From the NCBI GenBank assembly GCA_965200575.1, contig OZ241363.1:1722398-1786397 (forward strand): DNA of 64,000 bases. Reading direction: 5' to 3'. Source of the stretch: Thermoanaerobaculia bacterium (lineage in GTDB: Bacteria > Acidobacteriota > Thermoanaerobaculia > Multivoradales > Multivoraceae). A program made the translations under genes and the position numbers. Positions 37,072 to 48,523 of the stretch are shown in pieces; position 1 is the first letter of the stretch; each line of letters starts with the position of its first letter. Below the pieces are notes generated by a model. It saw only the letters and a program-made list of their open reading frames with translations, made no database searches and was not told where the DNA came from.

Positions 37072-39414
37072 TCACCGAACCAGTCGCCTTCGCGGCCAGT
37101 CCGCGACCTCGACCAGCGGGCGACGCCTCCCGGCGCCGTCGGCCCGGAAGCGGACCTCGATGCGGCCGTGGAGGTCCGTCCGCAGCACCCTGGTCCCACG
37201 CCGTTCGATTCTCGCCACCACCTCCGGCGCCGGATGCCCGTACGGGTTCTGTCGGCCAGCCGACACGAGCGCCACAGCCGGGGCGACGGCGCGCAGCAGG
37301 GCCGGACCGGTCGACGTCCGGCTGCCATGGTGGCCGACCTTCAGAATCTCGCTGCCCAGGTCCGCTCCCGCTCGCGGTGCGCCGTCCAGAAGCTCCCGTT
37401 CGCCGGCGACATCCAGGTCGCCGGTCAGCAGCACACAGGCATCGGCGGCAGCGGAGGCGACTACCGGCGGAAGCGTGTTGCGCGCTGGGGGCTTGCCGGA
37501 CGAGCGACAATGGTCAAGGCAGGCCCGGACCACCAGGGATGCGGAGTTGCCGCCAGGGCGCGGGCCGGCGGGAGGGTGCAGCACCTGGAGGTTCCAGTCT
37601 CCGACGCGTTCCGCGTCGCCCTGACCAACCGTGCGCACCCGGCTTCCAAGCCGCTCGGCAAGGGCGAGCCCGCAGCCGTCACGAAGCTCCACCGACGCCG
37701 CCCACAGCCTGTCGATCCGCAGGTACTGCGAGAGCTCCAGCAGCCCGCGGCAGTGGTCCGCGTCGCCGTGGGAGAGGACCGCGAGGTCGACCCGCAGCAC
37801 GCCCTCCGCGGCGAGCGTCTGCAGCAGCGTCGCCTCGGCGAAGTTACCCTGCCGGAACCCGCCGCCGTCGACCAGGATCACGGGGCCCTTGTCCTGGCTG
37901 CGGAGGAGAATCGCCTCGCCCTGCCCCACGTCCAGCATCGTCAGCGTCGGCTCGTCATGCGGCGGCTCGGGCGTGCAGACGAGCACCAGGGCCAGCGCGA
38001 GGCAGCATCGCAGACGGCCGGACAGCGCCGCCGCCAGCCAGACCGCCAGCACCAGGGCCGGGGCGGCGCCCACGCTCACCGGCAGGGCCAGCCACGCCCC
38101 CGGCGGCAACTCCGCCAGGAGCCCGAAGGGCACGCTGACCAGGTCGAGCAGCCGCTCGAGCAACCTGGCGACCGGGCCGGCGCCGACGGTCAGCAAGGGC
38201 ACCTCGCACATCGCCGCCAGGGCAACCCATGCCAGCGAGAACCCCAGGGCCGCAGCGGTCAAGGGCACGAAGATCAGGTTGAAGAACGGCGACAGCGGAG
38301 TCAGCAAACCGATCTCCGCCGCCGTGACCGGGATCGTCGCAAGCTGCGCCGCGACGGTCGCCGCAAGAGCTACCGCGACCGGCCCGGGCCGACGTTCTGC
38401 CCTCGAGGTCGAGCCGGCGGTCGGGCCCGAGGGCGTGCCGCTCGGCCGGTCGTGCCCGAACCAGCAGCCAAGGAGCCGAGGCGCGAGAACCAGGATGCCG
38501 GCCGTGGCCAGGAAGCTGAGCTGGAAGCCCAGGTCTTCCGACGCCGCCGGGTCGAACAGGAGGATCGAGATCAGGGCCGCGCAGAGCGCGTTCAGGGCCT
38601 GCGGCGGCCGTTCCAGCATGAGCGCCAGGACGACCAGCAGGGCCATCATGCCGGCGCGCAGCAGCGACGGACGCGGACCGACCAGCACGCCGTAGACGAG
38701 CAGAACCGCAACCGCTCCCGTCCACGCCATCCGCGGCGACCAGGCGCCCATGATCCACCAGAGCCCTCCCAACAGCAGCCCGACGTGAAGGCCCGACACC
38801 GCCAGCAGGTGGGAGAGACCGGCTCGGCGAAGCCCCGTGCGCCACTCGGGCGGAAGCCGCCTGGCATCGCCGAACACGAGCGCCCGGGCCAGCAGGGCCC
38901 CTCGGCCATCGGCCCGGTCAAGCGGCAGCAGCAGCCGCTGCCGCACCGCCGCGGCGGTACGCAGGAAGGCGCCCGGGGCATTGCCCAGCGGGGTCATCAG
39001 CAGCCTGCTCTTCACCTCCAGACCCCAATCGCCCGGCCTTGAGACGTGCAGGTTCAGGTAGCCGGGTCGCCGAACGAAGTAACCGCGCACCACGACCCGA
39101 CGCTCGACGGGAGGTTCGCCCTCGCCGCGCAGACGCAGCCACGCCCGCTTTGGCCCGTCGACCTCCCGGCCCACCTGCTCGACCCGGAGCACTCGCACTC
39201 TCGCCGCCCAGGCGCCATCGCGTCGCTCCCAGGACGCGGCGCCGAGCGCGGGGACGACGACCTCGGCCGTCACCGGGCGCTTCGGCACGAACGCGTTGCG
39301 CGCCGGTTCGTTCGCCTCGCCCGCGAACGACGCCAGCAGAAAGGCGGCCGCAACGGGAAACAGCGGAGTTCGCCGCCAGGCGGCGGTCCAGTCGGAATCA
39401 GCCATTGCCGACAA
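37072..39414 (-). CDS. comEC: DNA internalization competence protein ComEC/Rec2 (with MBL domain)
   Basis: 780 aa. Competence-domain TM core (LSHLLAVSGLHVGLL), C-terminal MBL domain (LVDGGG...HGDADH...LKVGHHGS). Confidence 0.85.
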   Translation of the reverse strand: MSAMADSDWTAAWRRTPLFPVAAAFLLASFAGEANEPARNAFVPKRPVTAEVVVPALGAASWERRDGAWAARVRVLRVEQVGREVDGPKRAWLRLRGEGEPPVERRVVVRGYFVRRPGYLNLHVSRPGDWGLEVKSRLLMTPLGNAPGAFLRTAAAVRQRLLLPLDRADGRGALLARALVFGDARRLPPEWRTGLRRAGLSHLLAVSGLHVGLLLGGLWWIMGAWSPRMAWTGAVAVLLVYGVLVGPRPSLLRAGMMALLVVLALMLERPPQALNALCAALISILLFDPAASEDLGFQLSFLATAGILVLAPRLLGCWFGHDRPSGTPSGPTAGSTSRAERRPGPVAVALAATVAAQLATIPVTAAEIGLLTPLSPFFNLIFVPLTAAALGFSLAWVALAAMCEVPLLTVGAGPVARLLERLLDLVSVPFGLLAELPPGAWLALPVSVGAAPALVLAVWLAAALSGRLRCCLALALVLVCTPEPPHDEPTLTMLDVGQGEAILLRSQDKGPVILVDGGGFRQGNFAEATLLQTLAAEGVLRVDLAVLSHGDADHCRGLLELSQYLRIDRLWAASVELRDGCGLALAERLGSRVRTVGQGDAERVGDWNLQVLHPPAGPRPGGNSASLVVRACLDHCRSSGKPPARNTLPPVVASAAADACVLLTGDLDVAGERELLDGAPRAGADLGSEILKVGHHGSRTSTGPALLRAVAPAVALVSAGRQNPYGHPAPEVVARIERRGTRVLRTDLHGRIEVRFRADGAGRRRPLVEVADWPRRRLVR

Positions 39415-39555
39415 GGACGCAAACCGGCGGCAAGATCCGGATCCCGATCGGAAAACGGGTTGCGCCAGCCCACAGGCGGTGCGAAGCTAGCCGCGCCCGA
39501 TGCCGGCGGGGAGCGGTTCTTGATCCCGGACCGGTTCCGGGCTTCCCCTTGCGCC

Positions 39556-42500
39556 ATGGCATCGGACTTCGTCCACCTCCACCTCCACTCCGAGTACTCG
39601 CTGCTCGACGGCGGCAACCGGATGGAGTCCCTGGTGGACCGCATAGCCGAGCTCGGCATGGACGCCGTGGCGCTGACGGACCACGGCAACCTGTTCGGCG
39701 CCGTCGCCTTCTACCGGGCCTGCCAGAAGCGCGACATCAAGCCGATCCTGGGCATCGAGGCGTACGTCGCGCCCGACATTCACACCGAGGTGTCCGACCG
39801 CCGTCTGAAGGAAACCCACGGGGTCGCCGACGGCGGCTTCCACCTCGTGCTGCTCGCTCGCAACCAGGCCGGCTGGCGCAACCTGGTCCGGCTGTCCACC
39901 GACAGCTACATCGAGGGCTTCTACTACAGGCCGCGCATGGACAAGGGGACGATCGCGCAGTGGAACGAAGGCCTGATCGCGATCAACGGCCACATGGGGT
40001 CCTCGCTCGCCTACCACCTTCAAAAGGACCTCGAGGACAGCAAGGCCGGCCACTGGGAGCGGGCAAGGGCGGAGGCGCTCTGGCACCTCGAGACCTTTCC
40101 CGCCGACGAGGACGGCGAGCCCTGCTTCTACCTGGAGCTGCAGCGCCACGAAACCGACGGGCAGGACGAGCTGAACGAGCAGATCCTCCGCCTCGCGGAC
40201 GAACTCGACCTGCCCGCGGTATGCGACAACGACGCACACTTCCTCACCGCCGAGGACTGGGACAGCCACGACACGCTGATCTGCGTGTCCACCGGCAAGT
40301 CGAAGAAGGACGAGGATCGCCTCCACTACCCGAAGGACCTGTACGTCCGCAGCCCGGAGCAGATGGCCGAGCTGTTCGGGGACCCCCGCACTGAAGACGC
40401 GCTGCGCAACACCCGCCGCATCGCCGACCGCTGCAACGTCGAACTCGACTTCAGCGCCAACCATGCGCCGCTGGTGCGGGTGGAACGCGGCGAGAAGCCG
40501 CCGCTGCCGGAGGCAGGGAGCCCGGCGGACCGGGCCGAGTGGTTTCAGCGCTTCTGCGCCAGCTACCGAATCGAGCCCCTGGCCGACCAGCCCGGAGACG
40601 AGGAGCTCGCGGCGCTTCACGCCGACTGCGACGACGCGCTGCGAGAACTCGCCCAGGCCGGCCTCGTCTGGCGCTACGGCAGCGGCATCGAGGAAGCCCA
40701 CCGCCACCGCCTCGACCACGAGCTCTCCGTGGTGGCCGGAAAGCGGATCAGCGCCTACTTCCTGATCGTGTGGGACTTCGTGAACGAAGCACGCAAGCGC
40801 GGCATCCCGGCAACGGCCCGCGGTTCGGGAGTCGGCACCATGGTCGGCTACCTGCTCGGCCTCTCCCACGCCTGCCCGGTGCGCTACGGGCTCCTGTTCG
40901 AGCGCTTCACCGACCCCGACCGCGCCGAGTACCCCGACATCGACATCGACCTGTGCCAGGACGGACGCGCCGAGATCCTGGACTACGTGCGCGAGAAGTA
41001 CGGCTACGTCGCCCAGATCATCACCTTCGGCACCATGAAGGCTCGTGCGGCCATCCGGGACGTCGGCCGCGTCCTGGAACTGCCTCTGGCCCAGGTGGAC
41101 CGCATCTCGAAGCTGATCGGCCCCGAGCTCGGCGTGACCATCGACCAGGCGATGGAGCGCGAGAAGGAGCTGCGCGAGCTCCACGAGAACGACGAACAGG
41201 TCCGGGCGGTCATCGACACCGCTCGTCAGCTGGAGGGCATCACCCGGCACAGCGGCGTCCACGCCGCCGGGCTGGTGATCGCCACGGAGCCGCTTCAGAA
41301 CCTGTGCCCCCTCGCCACCAACCGCAGCCAGGGCTCGAAGGACGCCCTGATCACCCAGTGGGACGGCCCCACGGTGGAAGCCATGGGACTTCTGAAGATG
41401 GACTTCCTGGGCCTCACCACCCTCTCGGTCATCGAGCGCTGCCGTCAGCTGGTGCAAGAGACGCTGCCCCCGGAAGCCATGGCGGCGGCCGTTCCGGGCA
41501 GCGAGGGCCGCGATCCCCTGGACCTCGACCACATCGACCTCGCCGACCGCCGAGTGCTCGACGTCTTCGCCAGCGCCGACACCGCCGGGACCTTCCAGTT
41601 CGAGTCGGAAGGGATGCGCAACCTGCTGCTGCAGATGAAGCCCGACCGCCTCGAGGACCTGGTCGCCGCCAATGCCCTGTTCCGGCCCGGGCCCATGGAC
41701 CTGATTCCCGACTACTGCGACCGCAAGCACGGACGCCAGGAAGTCCCTCGCAACCACGAGATCGTCGACCGGCACACCGCCGAGACCCACGGCATCATGG
41801 TCTTCCAGGAACAGGTGATGCAGATCGTGCACGAGCTCGGCGACGTGCCGCTGCGCGAGGCCTACACGCTCATCAAGGCGATCAGCAAGAAGAACCGGGC
41901 GACGATCAACGCCGCGAAGCAGCGTTTCCTCGACGGCGCCCGGGAGAAGGGGCTGTCCACCAGGGAGGCGACGACCCTGTTTGCCCAGGTGGAGAAGTTC
42001 GCCGGCTACGGCTTCAACAAGTCGCACTCGGTCGGCTACTCCCTGCTCGCCTACCAGACCGCCTACCTGAAGACCTGGTTCCCCGTGCAGTTCATGGCGG
42101 CGATCCTCACCTACGCCGCCGACAGCAAGGACAAGCTCGTTCACTACATCGACGAGTGCGCCCGGGTGAAGCTCCCCGACGGCGGCGTCGGCATCACGGT
42201 CGGGGCGCCCGACATCGACCGCTCCGGCGTGCGCTTCCACGTCGTCTTCGAGCCGGGCGAGGAGAAGGCCAGCGCCACCGGGCACATCCGCTTCGGCCTG
42301 TCGGCGGTCAAGGGAGTCGGCGAGAAGGCGGTGCGGGCGATTCTCGAGGTGCGCGAGGCGGGAGGACCGTTCCGCAGCCTGTGGGACTTCTGCCGCCGCG
42401 TCCCGCTCCAGGCGGTCAACCGCAGCACCATCGAGGCGCTGATCAAGTCCGGCGCCTTCGACGGCCTACACGGCAAGGACCAGCGGGCGGCGATGCTCGA

Positions 42501-43338
42501 GGCCCTCGAACCGGCGATCAAGGCCGGGCAGCGGGCAGCGGCCGACCGCGAGAGCGGCCAGGGCAACCTGTTCGGCGGCGGCGCCCTCGAAACCGCCGCG
42601 GCCGACGACGACCGACCGTTGCCGGCGACGCCGCCGTGGAGCACCGCCGAGCTCCTGGACCAGGAGAAGGAGACGCTCGGCTTCTTCGCTTCGAGCCACC
42701 CGCTCGACGATCACCGCCGGACCCTGGGGGAGTTCGGCAACGTGACCGTGAAGCGCCTGAAGACGCTGCCGGCCGACACCGAGGTCGTGCTCGGCGCCCT
42801 GGTCGGGTCGGTCGCCGACCGGCGTACTCGGAGGGGGCGCAACGCCGGGCAGAAGATGGCTGTCGTGCAAGTCGAGGACCGTTCCGACCGCATCGAGGCC
42901 GTGCTGTTCGCCGAGGCCTGCGCGAAGTACGAGGCCCATCTGGAGCGCGGGGCCGTGCTGTTCTTCAGCGGTCGCGTGGACAGGCGACGCGAGGAGCCAA
43001 GCCTGGTGGTCAACCGGGTGGCCACGGTCGAGGAGGCCCGGACGACGCTCTCACGCCGCCTGCGCATCCATCTCGACCTGCGGCCTTCAGCCGGCAGCGA
43101 TCTCCACGACGTGCTGGCGCGGTTGCGTGACCTGCTCGACCAACGACGCAGCCGCAGCCGCAATGGGGGCGTGGAGGTCGAGTTCGAGCTGGAACTGGAG
43201 GACCGCCTGGTTCGCACCGACGCGAACGGCAGCCGCGCGCCGATCAAGGCCAGCCTGGCAGAGGAGATCGACAACCTGCTCGGCGACCGAGGTCACTGCC
43301 GCTACCTGGGCCCGCCGCCCCCCGCCGCGGGTCCATGA
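39556..43338 (+). CDS. dnaE: DNA polymerase III alpha subunit
   Basis: MASDFVHLHLHSEYSLLDGG PHP domain start; 1260 aa, collinear with DnaE. Confidence 0.95.
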   Translation: MASDFVHLHLHSEYSLLDGGNRMESLVDRIAELGMDAVALTDHGNLFGAVAFYRACQKRDIKPILGIEAYVAPDIHTEVSDRRLKETHGVADGGFHLVLLARNQAGWRNLVRLSTDSYIEGFYYRPRMDKGTIAQWNEGLIAINGHMGSSLAYHLQKDLEDSKAGHWERARAEALWHLETFPADEDGEPCFYLELQRHETDGQDELNEQILRLADELDLPAVCDNDAHFLTAEDWDSHDTLICVSTGKSKKDEDRLHYPKDLYVRSPEQMAELFGDPRTEDALRNTRRIADRCNVELDFSANHAPLVRVERGEKPPLPEAGSPADRAEWFQRFCASYRIEPLADQPGDEELAALHADCDDALRELAQAGLVWRYGSGIEEAHRHRLDHELSVVAGKRISAYFLIVWDFVNEARKRGIPATARGSGVGTMVGYLLGLSHACPVRYGLLFERFTDPDRAEYPDIDIDLCQDGRAEILDYVREKYGYVAQIITFGTMKARAAIRDVGRVLELPLAQVDRISKLIGPELGVTIDQAMEREKELRELHENDEQVRAVIDTARQLEGITRHSGVHAAGLVIATEPLQNLCPLATNRSQGSKDALITQWDGPTVEAMGLLKMDFLGLTTLSVIERCRQLVQETLPPEAMAAAVPGSEGRDPLDLDHIDLADRRVLDVFASADTAGTFQFESEGMRNLLLQMKPDRLEDLVAANALFRPGPMDLIPDYCDRKHGRQEVPRNHEIVDRHTAETHGIMVFQEQVMQIVHELGDVPLREAYTLIKAISKKNRATINAAKQRFLDGAREKGLSTREATTLFAQVEKFAGYGFNKSHSVGYSLLAYQTAYLKTWFPVQFMAAILTYAADSKDKLVHYIDECARVKLPDGGVGITVGAPDIDRSGVRFHVVFEPGEEKASATGHIRFGLSAVKGVGEKAVRAILEVREAGGPFRSLWDFCRRVPLQAVNRSTIEALIKSGAFDGLHGKDQRAAMLEALEPAIKAGQRAAADRESGQGNLFGGGALETAAADDDRPLPATPPWSTAELLDQEKETLGFFASSHPLDDHRRTLGEFGNVTVKRLKTLPADTEVVLGALVGSVADRRTRRGRNAGQKMAVVQVEDRSDRIEAVLFAEACAKYEAHLERGAVLFFSGRVDRRREEPSLVVNRVATVEEARTTLSRRLRIHLDLRPSAGSDLHDVLARLRDLLDQRRSRSRNGGVEVEFELELEDRLVRTDANGSRAPIKASLAEEIDNLLGDRGHCRYLGPPPPAAGP

Positions 43339-43401
43339 GACGAGCGTCCCCGAGCCTGGCAATCCGGCCTCCGGCGTTCCCGCATCCGGCGGCAGGCTGG
43401 C

Positions 43402-44848
43402 GATGACCGAGAAAGGGACGAACAGGCCAGCGACGACCAGGCGACGCTGGCGCAACGCCCTGGTCCTGACCGTCGTCGTGGCGGCCGGGCTGTTCGGGCA
43501 CTGTCGCGGCAGCAGCTACCGGCACTTCTTCGATCACGATCCCCGCCAGGGACACGACTACGCGCTGGACCGCCGCGACGGCGAGGTACACGAGGTGCGC
43601 CTGGGCCGCAACGGGTTCGACTGGCCGCCGGAAGCGGCGCAGGGCGACGTGTCGGCCTTCCTGGAGTTCCACGCCAGGACCAGGGTGCTCCTCCCGGCGC
43701 TCGAACCCAGCATCGAGGTGCGGGCGAACGGCCGGACGTTCAGCCAGTTCTTCGCTCCCCGCTCCACCGGCCGCCGCTACCTGAACGTCTCGCCGGCGGC
43801 CGGGGCCGACCGGGTCGAGATGATCGGCCGCCAGATCGGCTGGCGCGTCGGCAGCGCCCGGCTCGTCGTCTTCAGGAACCCGCCGGTCGGCGCAAAGACC
43901 CGCACGCTGGTCGTCGCGCCCCATCCGGACGATGCCGAGATCGCCGCCTTCGGCCTCTACGCCAGGACCAACTCGGACGTCGTCACCGTGACCGCCGGCG
44001 ACTACGGAGGGATGCAGTACCGGGGCCTGTTCCCGGACATCGGCGAGCACTACCGAATCAAGGGCTGGATGCGCACCTGGGACAGCCTGACCGTGCCCTT
44101 CTTCGGCGGCGTGCCGCTTCACCGCGCCCGCAACCTGGGCTACTTCGACGGCACCCTGCGGGAGCTCCACGAGCGACGGCCGGAACCGGCCGGCTCGATC
44201 CTGGCCGAGCTGAAAGACGAGAGCCTGTTCCGGCGTCTGAACCCCGAACCACAGCTCGCGACTCGGCCCTTCTCGTCCACCTGGCCCGAACTGGTGGCGG
44301 ACCTTCGCCGCGAGGTGACCTGGACCGGCGCCGAGCTCATCGCGGCGCCCAACCCGCTCCTGGACAATCACGCCGACCACCAGTACACGACTGTGGCGCT
44401 GATCGAAGCGATCGAGACCACGGACTGGGATGGCCTGCTGCTCCTGTACACGAACCACGCGACGCTCGCCGAGCCGTACCCGCTGGGCCCGAACACCGCA
44501 CTCGAGTCCCTGCCGCCGTGGTTCGGCGACCCGATGTCCTTCGGCGCCGTGCTCTCCTACCCGGTTGACGAGACCACCCGCCGCCTGAACTACATCGCGC
44601 TGGAGGCCATGCACGACCTGCGCCCGTTCGAGCACCGCGTGGCCACGCCGCCGGGAGAACGCTTCCGCGCACTCGCCGCCGAGACCTTCTGGCGGCTGCT
44701 CGGTCGCCACGACAAGGTCCCCGGCTACCTCCACGACTACCTGCGCCGAGGCCCCCGCCCCAACGAGATCTACCTGGTACTCGACCGCAACCAGGCAATC
44801 GAACTCCGGGACCGGTTCCTCGAGATCGAAGCGATTCGCCGCCGATAG
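43402..44848 (+). CDS. PIG-L/LmbE-family N-acetylglucosaminyl deacetylase-like protein with N-terminal extension
   Basis: LVVAPHPDDAEIAAFG (the HPDDE zinc-site motif) and a later H-x-DH motif (NHADHQYT). N-terminal TM segment. Confidence 0.7.
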
Positions 44849-45058
44849 CGGCCTGTCGGACCTGCCAGCCCCGCCACTGGCAACGCCTGGCTCCCCACCG
44901 GTCCGCCCGGGATCTCGCGACCGCATCTCGTCGCCGCACCTCACCGCAGCAGGCTCGGCGGCCCAACCTCGCTGCGGCTTCAGAGGCTGACCCGGCGAAG
45001 CCGGCCGAACGCCAGCAGGCGCCGGACAGCCTGGCCGCCTCAGCGGTCGCCGGGCCCG

Positions 45059-48000
45059 TCAACCGCGCAGGAAGGCGAGCAGGTCGGCCATGCCGGCTGG
45101 TTCGAGGCCGGCTTCAAGTTCCTCGGGCATCATCGACAGGCCGTCGCTTCGCAGGCTTCGGATGCGGTCGGCGGGCACTTCGAACACCGTGTCGTCGGGG
45201 CCCTTGAGGACCACGCCGCCACCCGCAAGACGCTCTGCAAGCAGCCCCGCAAACACCTCGCCGTTGACCGTTTCGAGGATGTAGTTCACGAACGCCGTGT
45301 CGACAGCGGCATTCGGGTCGAGGATGTCGTGGAGGAGGGTTTCCGCGCTCCGGCGGCCGATGCCGCCGAGATCGGGTCCCGGACCGCCGCCGTGCTCGCC
45401 GAAGCGGTGGCAGCGGGCACAGAGCTCCAGGAACCGGTCCCGGCCGCGCGTCGGGTCGCCCGGGAGGTCGAGCGCCGGGCGCATCGCCTGAAGCGCGTCG
45501 GGTCGCGACACCACCCCGGCGTCGTCGAACAGGGCCGCCGCCCTTCGCCGCACGTCCGGCTCCGGCGACCGAAGCAGGAAGCGGCGGCGTTCGAGGTCGA
45601 AGTTCATCTCGCCGATGCCGATGCGGCCGTCCTCGAGCGCGTCAAGCAGGACGGCGTGTCGCCCCCGGCCCCGGATCAGCCAGGCGCCGGCGTCCCGCTT
45701 CGCGGTCGGACCAAGTCGCGCCCAGCGGTCGATCAGGAACGCGGCGACCTCGCTTTCGTCCGCCCGGGCGAGCGTCTCCATCGCCGCGGCCTGCACCTCG
45801 TCCGGATGGCGAGCCAGAAGCAGCTCGCCGATTCGCTCCAGCCAGGTCCGGTCGTCAGACAGGGCGGCGGCTTCGACCCCGGCGCCCGGGCACTCCACGA
45901 CCCTCCTCGCCACGTCGGCGCCGCCCGGGTTGCGACCGCCCGTCTGCCACGGCGGCCACAGCGCAAACAGATCGAGCGCGCCGAGCCGCTCTTCCACCGT
46001 CCGAGTCGCGTCCCCGGCCCGGACGCCGGCGCAGTCGAGAAGCGCGAGATCGTCGGCGCCGGCCTCCAGGCCAAGCGCCGAAGCGAGGCGCCAGGCGGCG
46101 ATTGCCAGCCGGTCGTCGCCCGACCTGCGCGCCGGTCCGAGAGACGCTTCGAGCGCGGCCTCGTTTAGTCCGGTGGTTTCAAGCGCGCGACGCTCGCGGC
46201 CGCCGAACGCCGCGGCCAGTCCGGCCATGAGCGCCCGCCGCGACTCGACGGCCTGCCCGCCATCGCCGTCCAGGAAGCGCAGGACGGTCGGGTGCGAAAG
46301 CGCCTCGCCGAGCAGGTCCGCCGGAACGAGCCCCGCGAGCTCCTCGGCGACCGCCGAGCCGTCCCGGCCCTCGGCGGCGCCGGACTCCAGCTGGAGCACG
46401 ACAGAGGACACGGGATCCTCCGCCAGCACAGTGACGGCTGCCAGCCGCGTCCAGCGTGCATCGGGTGCTGCCGGTGCCGAGGGCGTCGCAGTCAGGCCGG
46501 CTTCGGCTTCCCCGGCGGCCCCACCTGACCTCGACTCGCGCGCCAGCAGACCGGCGACCACCGCCGCTGCCGCCTTGCGCTCGAACTCGGGGTCCCGGAT
46601 CACGTCGCGCCGCAGCAGGACGCCGGCGGTGAGCACCGCCTGGAAGCGCACGACCGGTGCGGGATCGTCGATCAGCTGTACCAACGTCTGCCGCAGCGGC
46701 GCGAGATCGGCATCCCCGCCGGAGCTGGCCTTTCCCTCCTCGAAGGCGAGCACCGCGTTCCGACGGAGCTCCGGGTGCGGGTCCCGCATGGCCGCCGCCA
46801 GATCGGCCGGTTCCAGCACGCCGAGGCCGGACAGCGTCCACAGTGCATGCAGGCGCTCCACCGGTTCGCCCGATGCCAGGCGCCCGCGCAGCATCCGCTG
46901 CAGCGCAGGCGGGGGCGCCGAGCCGTGCTCCTCGACCAGCAGTCGCTGCGCCGTGGTTCGGCGCCAGCGGTTCTCGTCTCCCAACGCGTCCACCAAGGCC
47001 TCGGTCCGCGAGCGGTCGAAGCCCGCGAAGGGCGCACGATCGCCGGGCAGGCCCCCGGCTGGCACGATGCGGTAGATGCGCCCGCGCTCGTCGCCCTCGC
47101 GCAGGTCGAGCGCCTCCTCGATCCGATCCGGAATCCACTCCGGATGCTCGATGACGGCCCGGTGCATGTCCAGCACGTACAGCTCGCCATCCGGCCCGAC
47201 GTGCAGGTTCACGGGGCGGAAATGGGGATTGGTCGAGGCGAGAAACTCGACCCCGGGCCGCCCCCGCGCCGCCTCGGCAACGACGCCTCTCGCATCGACC
47301 ATGGCGCGATGCACGACGTTGGCCGACGGGTCGGCCACGAAGACGGCGAAGCGCCCGTCATGCCGCCCGGCAGGCTGCGCGTGAAGCCCGGTCGTCCGCC
47401 CGCCCGTCGCTCTCTCGCTCGTCGATGTGTCGCCGTCCACCTCGCCCTGCTGTTTGGACGAGCCCCGTTCCGGGACGACTTCACCGGCTTCCTCGCCGAG
47501 TTCATGAGGCGCCGAAGGTCCAGGTACCGGCCCGGTCGCGACCCGGATCTCGAAGCCCGCATCCAGCACCCCGCCGTCGTAGATCGTGACCGCGCAGGCC
47601 GCCGAGAAACGGCTCGACTGCTCCGGATGGTTGGGCCGCGTCTGCCGTTCGCCGATGGGGAACAGCTCAGCAGGCCCGCCATCAGGGTGCGGCGCCAGCC
47701 GCTGACGACCGTTCTGCCGGGCGGCGGGAAGCCCCTCCAGGTAGCGCCGAGGCACGACGAGCTGGCTCAGGTGCTCCAGGTTGTGGGTGACGAAGGACCG
47801 TCCCCACGGGCCGAAGGTCATGCCGAAGCCGTCGGCGCCGGGGCCAGTGCGCTCGAACCGTCGCGGTCGACGCGAGCCGCCCGGCACTCCGGCAGAGCCG
47901 GGTGCGCCGGCGCCCCCGAAGCGGATCCGGAAGTCGTCCCGCCCCAGCTCCACCGCCTCCTCCGGCGCGTCGGGCCAGAACAGACGGCCGCCGTTGCCAC

Positions 48001-48523
48001 CGTTCACGCCATGAATCCAGTTGTCCAGGCCGTGGCGCAGGCCGTTCACGTTGTGCTGCGGATTGCCCGCGGCGAAACCGCTCAGCATCACTTCGCGCCG
48101 GTCGGCCCGACCGTCGCCGTCCGTGTCCTCGAGGTAGACGAGGTCGGGAGGGGCAGCCACCAGCAAACCCTCTCGCCAGGGCAGGATCGCGTCCGCCATG
48201 CCGAGGTCGTCGGCGAACGGCCGCCTCGTTTCCCAGCGCCCGTCCCGGTCGCGGTCCAGGAGGGACACGATACGCGCCGGCCGCCCCATGTCCGGATAGC
48301 CCGGCAGCTCCAGGACGTATGCGCGGCCGTGTTCGTCGAACGCCAGGTCGACCGGGTCCACGACCACCGGTTCGGCGGCCGCGAGCGCCATCTCGAATCC
48401 GGGATGGAGCACGAAACCCTCCGGCACGCTGTCCGGAGGCGTCGGTCCGCCACAGCCGCCTGCCAGCGCAACGGTCAGAAGCGCCGCGACAGCAGCATGC
48501 GCCGGCTGGGTCCGTCTCCTCAT
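45059..48523 (-). CDS. PVC-type heme-binding CxxCH protein (membrane-bound dehydrogenase domain + HEAT repeats + cytochrome c domain)
   Basis: 1154 aa, lipoprotein-like signal, LELCARCHRFGEHGG heme c site near the C-terminus. Architecture matches TIGR02603/TIGR02604. Confidence 0.75.
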   Translation of the reverse strand: MRRRTQPAHAAVAALLTVALAGGCGGPTPPDSVPEGFVLHPGFEMALAAAEPVVVDPVDLAFDEHGRAYVLELPGYPDMGRPARIVSLLDRDRDGRWETRRPFADDLGMADAILPWREGLLVAAPPDLVYLEDTDGDGRADRREVMLSGFAAGNPQHNVNGLRHGLDNWIHGVNGGNGGRLFWPDAPEEAVELGRDDFRIRFGGAGAPGSAGVPGGSRRPRRFERTGPGADGFGMTFGPWGRSFVTHNLEHLSQLVVPRRYLEGLPAARQNGRQRLAPHPDGGPAELFPIGERQTRPNHPEQSSRFSAACAVTIYDGGVLDAGFEIRVATGPVPGPSAPHELGEEAGEVVPERGSSKQQGEVDGDTSTSERATGGRTTGLHAQPAGRHDGRFAVFVADPSANVVHRAMVDARGVVAEAARGRPGVEFLASTNPHFRPVNLHVGPDGELYVLDMHRAVIEHPEWIPDRIEEALDLREGDERGRIYRIVPAGGLPGDRAPFAGFDRSRTEALVDALGDENRWRRTTAQRLLVEEHGSAPPPALQRMLRGRLASGEPVERLHALWTLSGLGVLEPADLAAAMRDPHPELRRNAVLAFEEGKASSGGDADLAPLRQTLVQLIDDPAPVVRFQAVLTAGVLLRRDVIRDPEFERKAAAAVVAGLLARESRSGGAAGEAEAGLTATPSAPAAPDARWTRLAAVTVLAEDPVSSVVLQLESGAAEGRDGSAVAEELAGLVPADLLGEALSHPTVLRFLDGDGGQAVESRRALMAGLAAAFGGRERRALETTGLNEAALEASLGPARRSGDDRLAIAAWRLASALGLEAGADDLALLDCAGVRAGDATRTVEERLGALDLFALWPPWQTGGRNPGGADVARRVVECPGAGVEAAALSDDRTWLERIGELLLARHPDEVQAAAMETLARADESEVAAFLIDRWARLGPTAKRDAGAWLIRGRGRHAVLLDALEDGRIGIGEMNFDLERRRFLLRSPEPDVRRRAAALFDDAGVVSRPDALQAMRPALDLPGDPTRGRDRFLELCARCHRFGEHGGGPGPDLGGIGRRSAETLLHDILDPNAAVDTAFVNYILETVNGEVFAGLLAERLAGGGVVLKGPDDTVFEVPADRIRSLRSDGLSMMPEELEAGLEPAGMADLLAFLRG

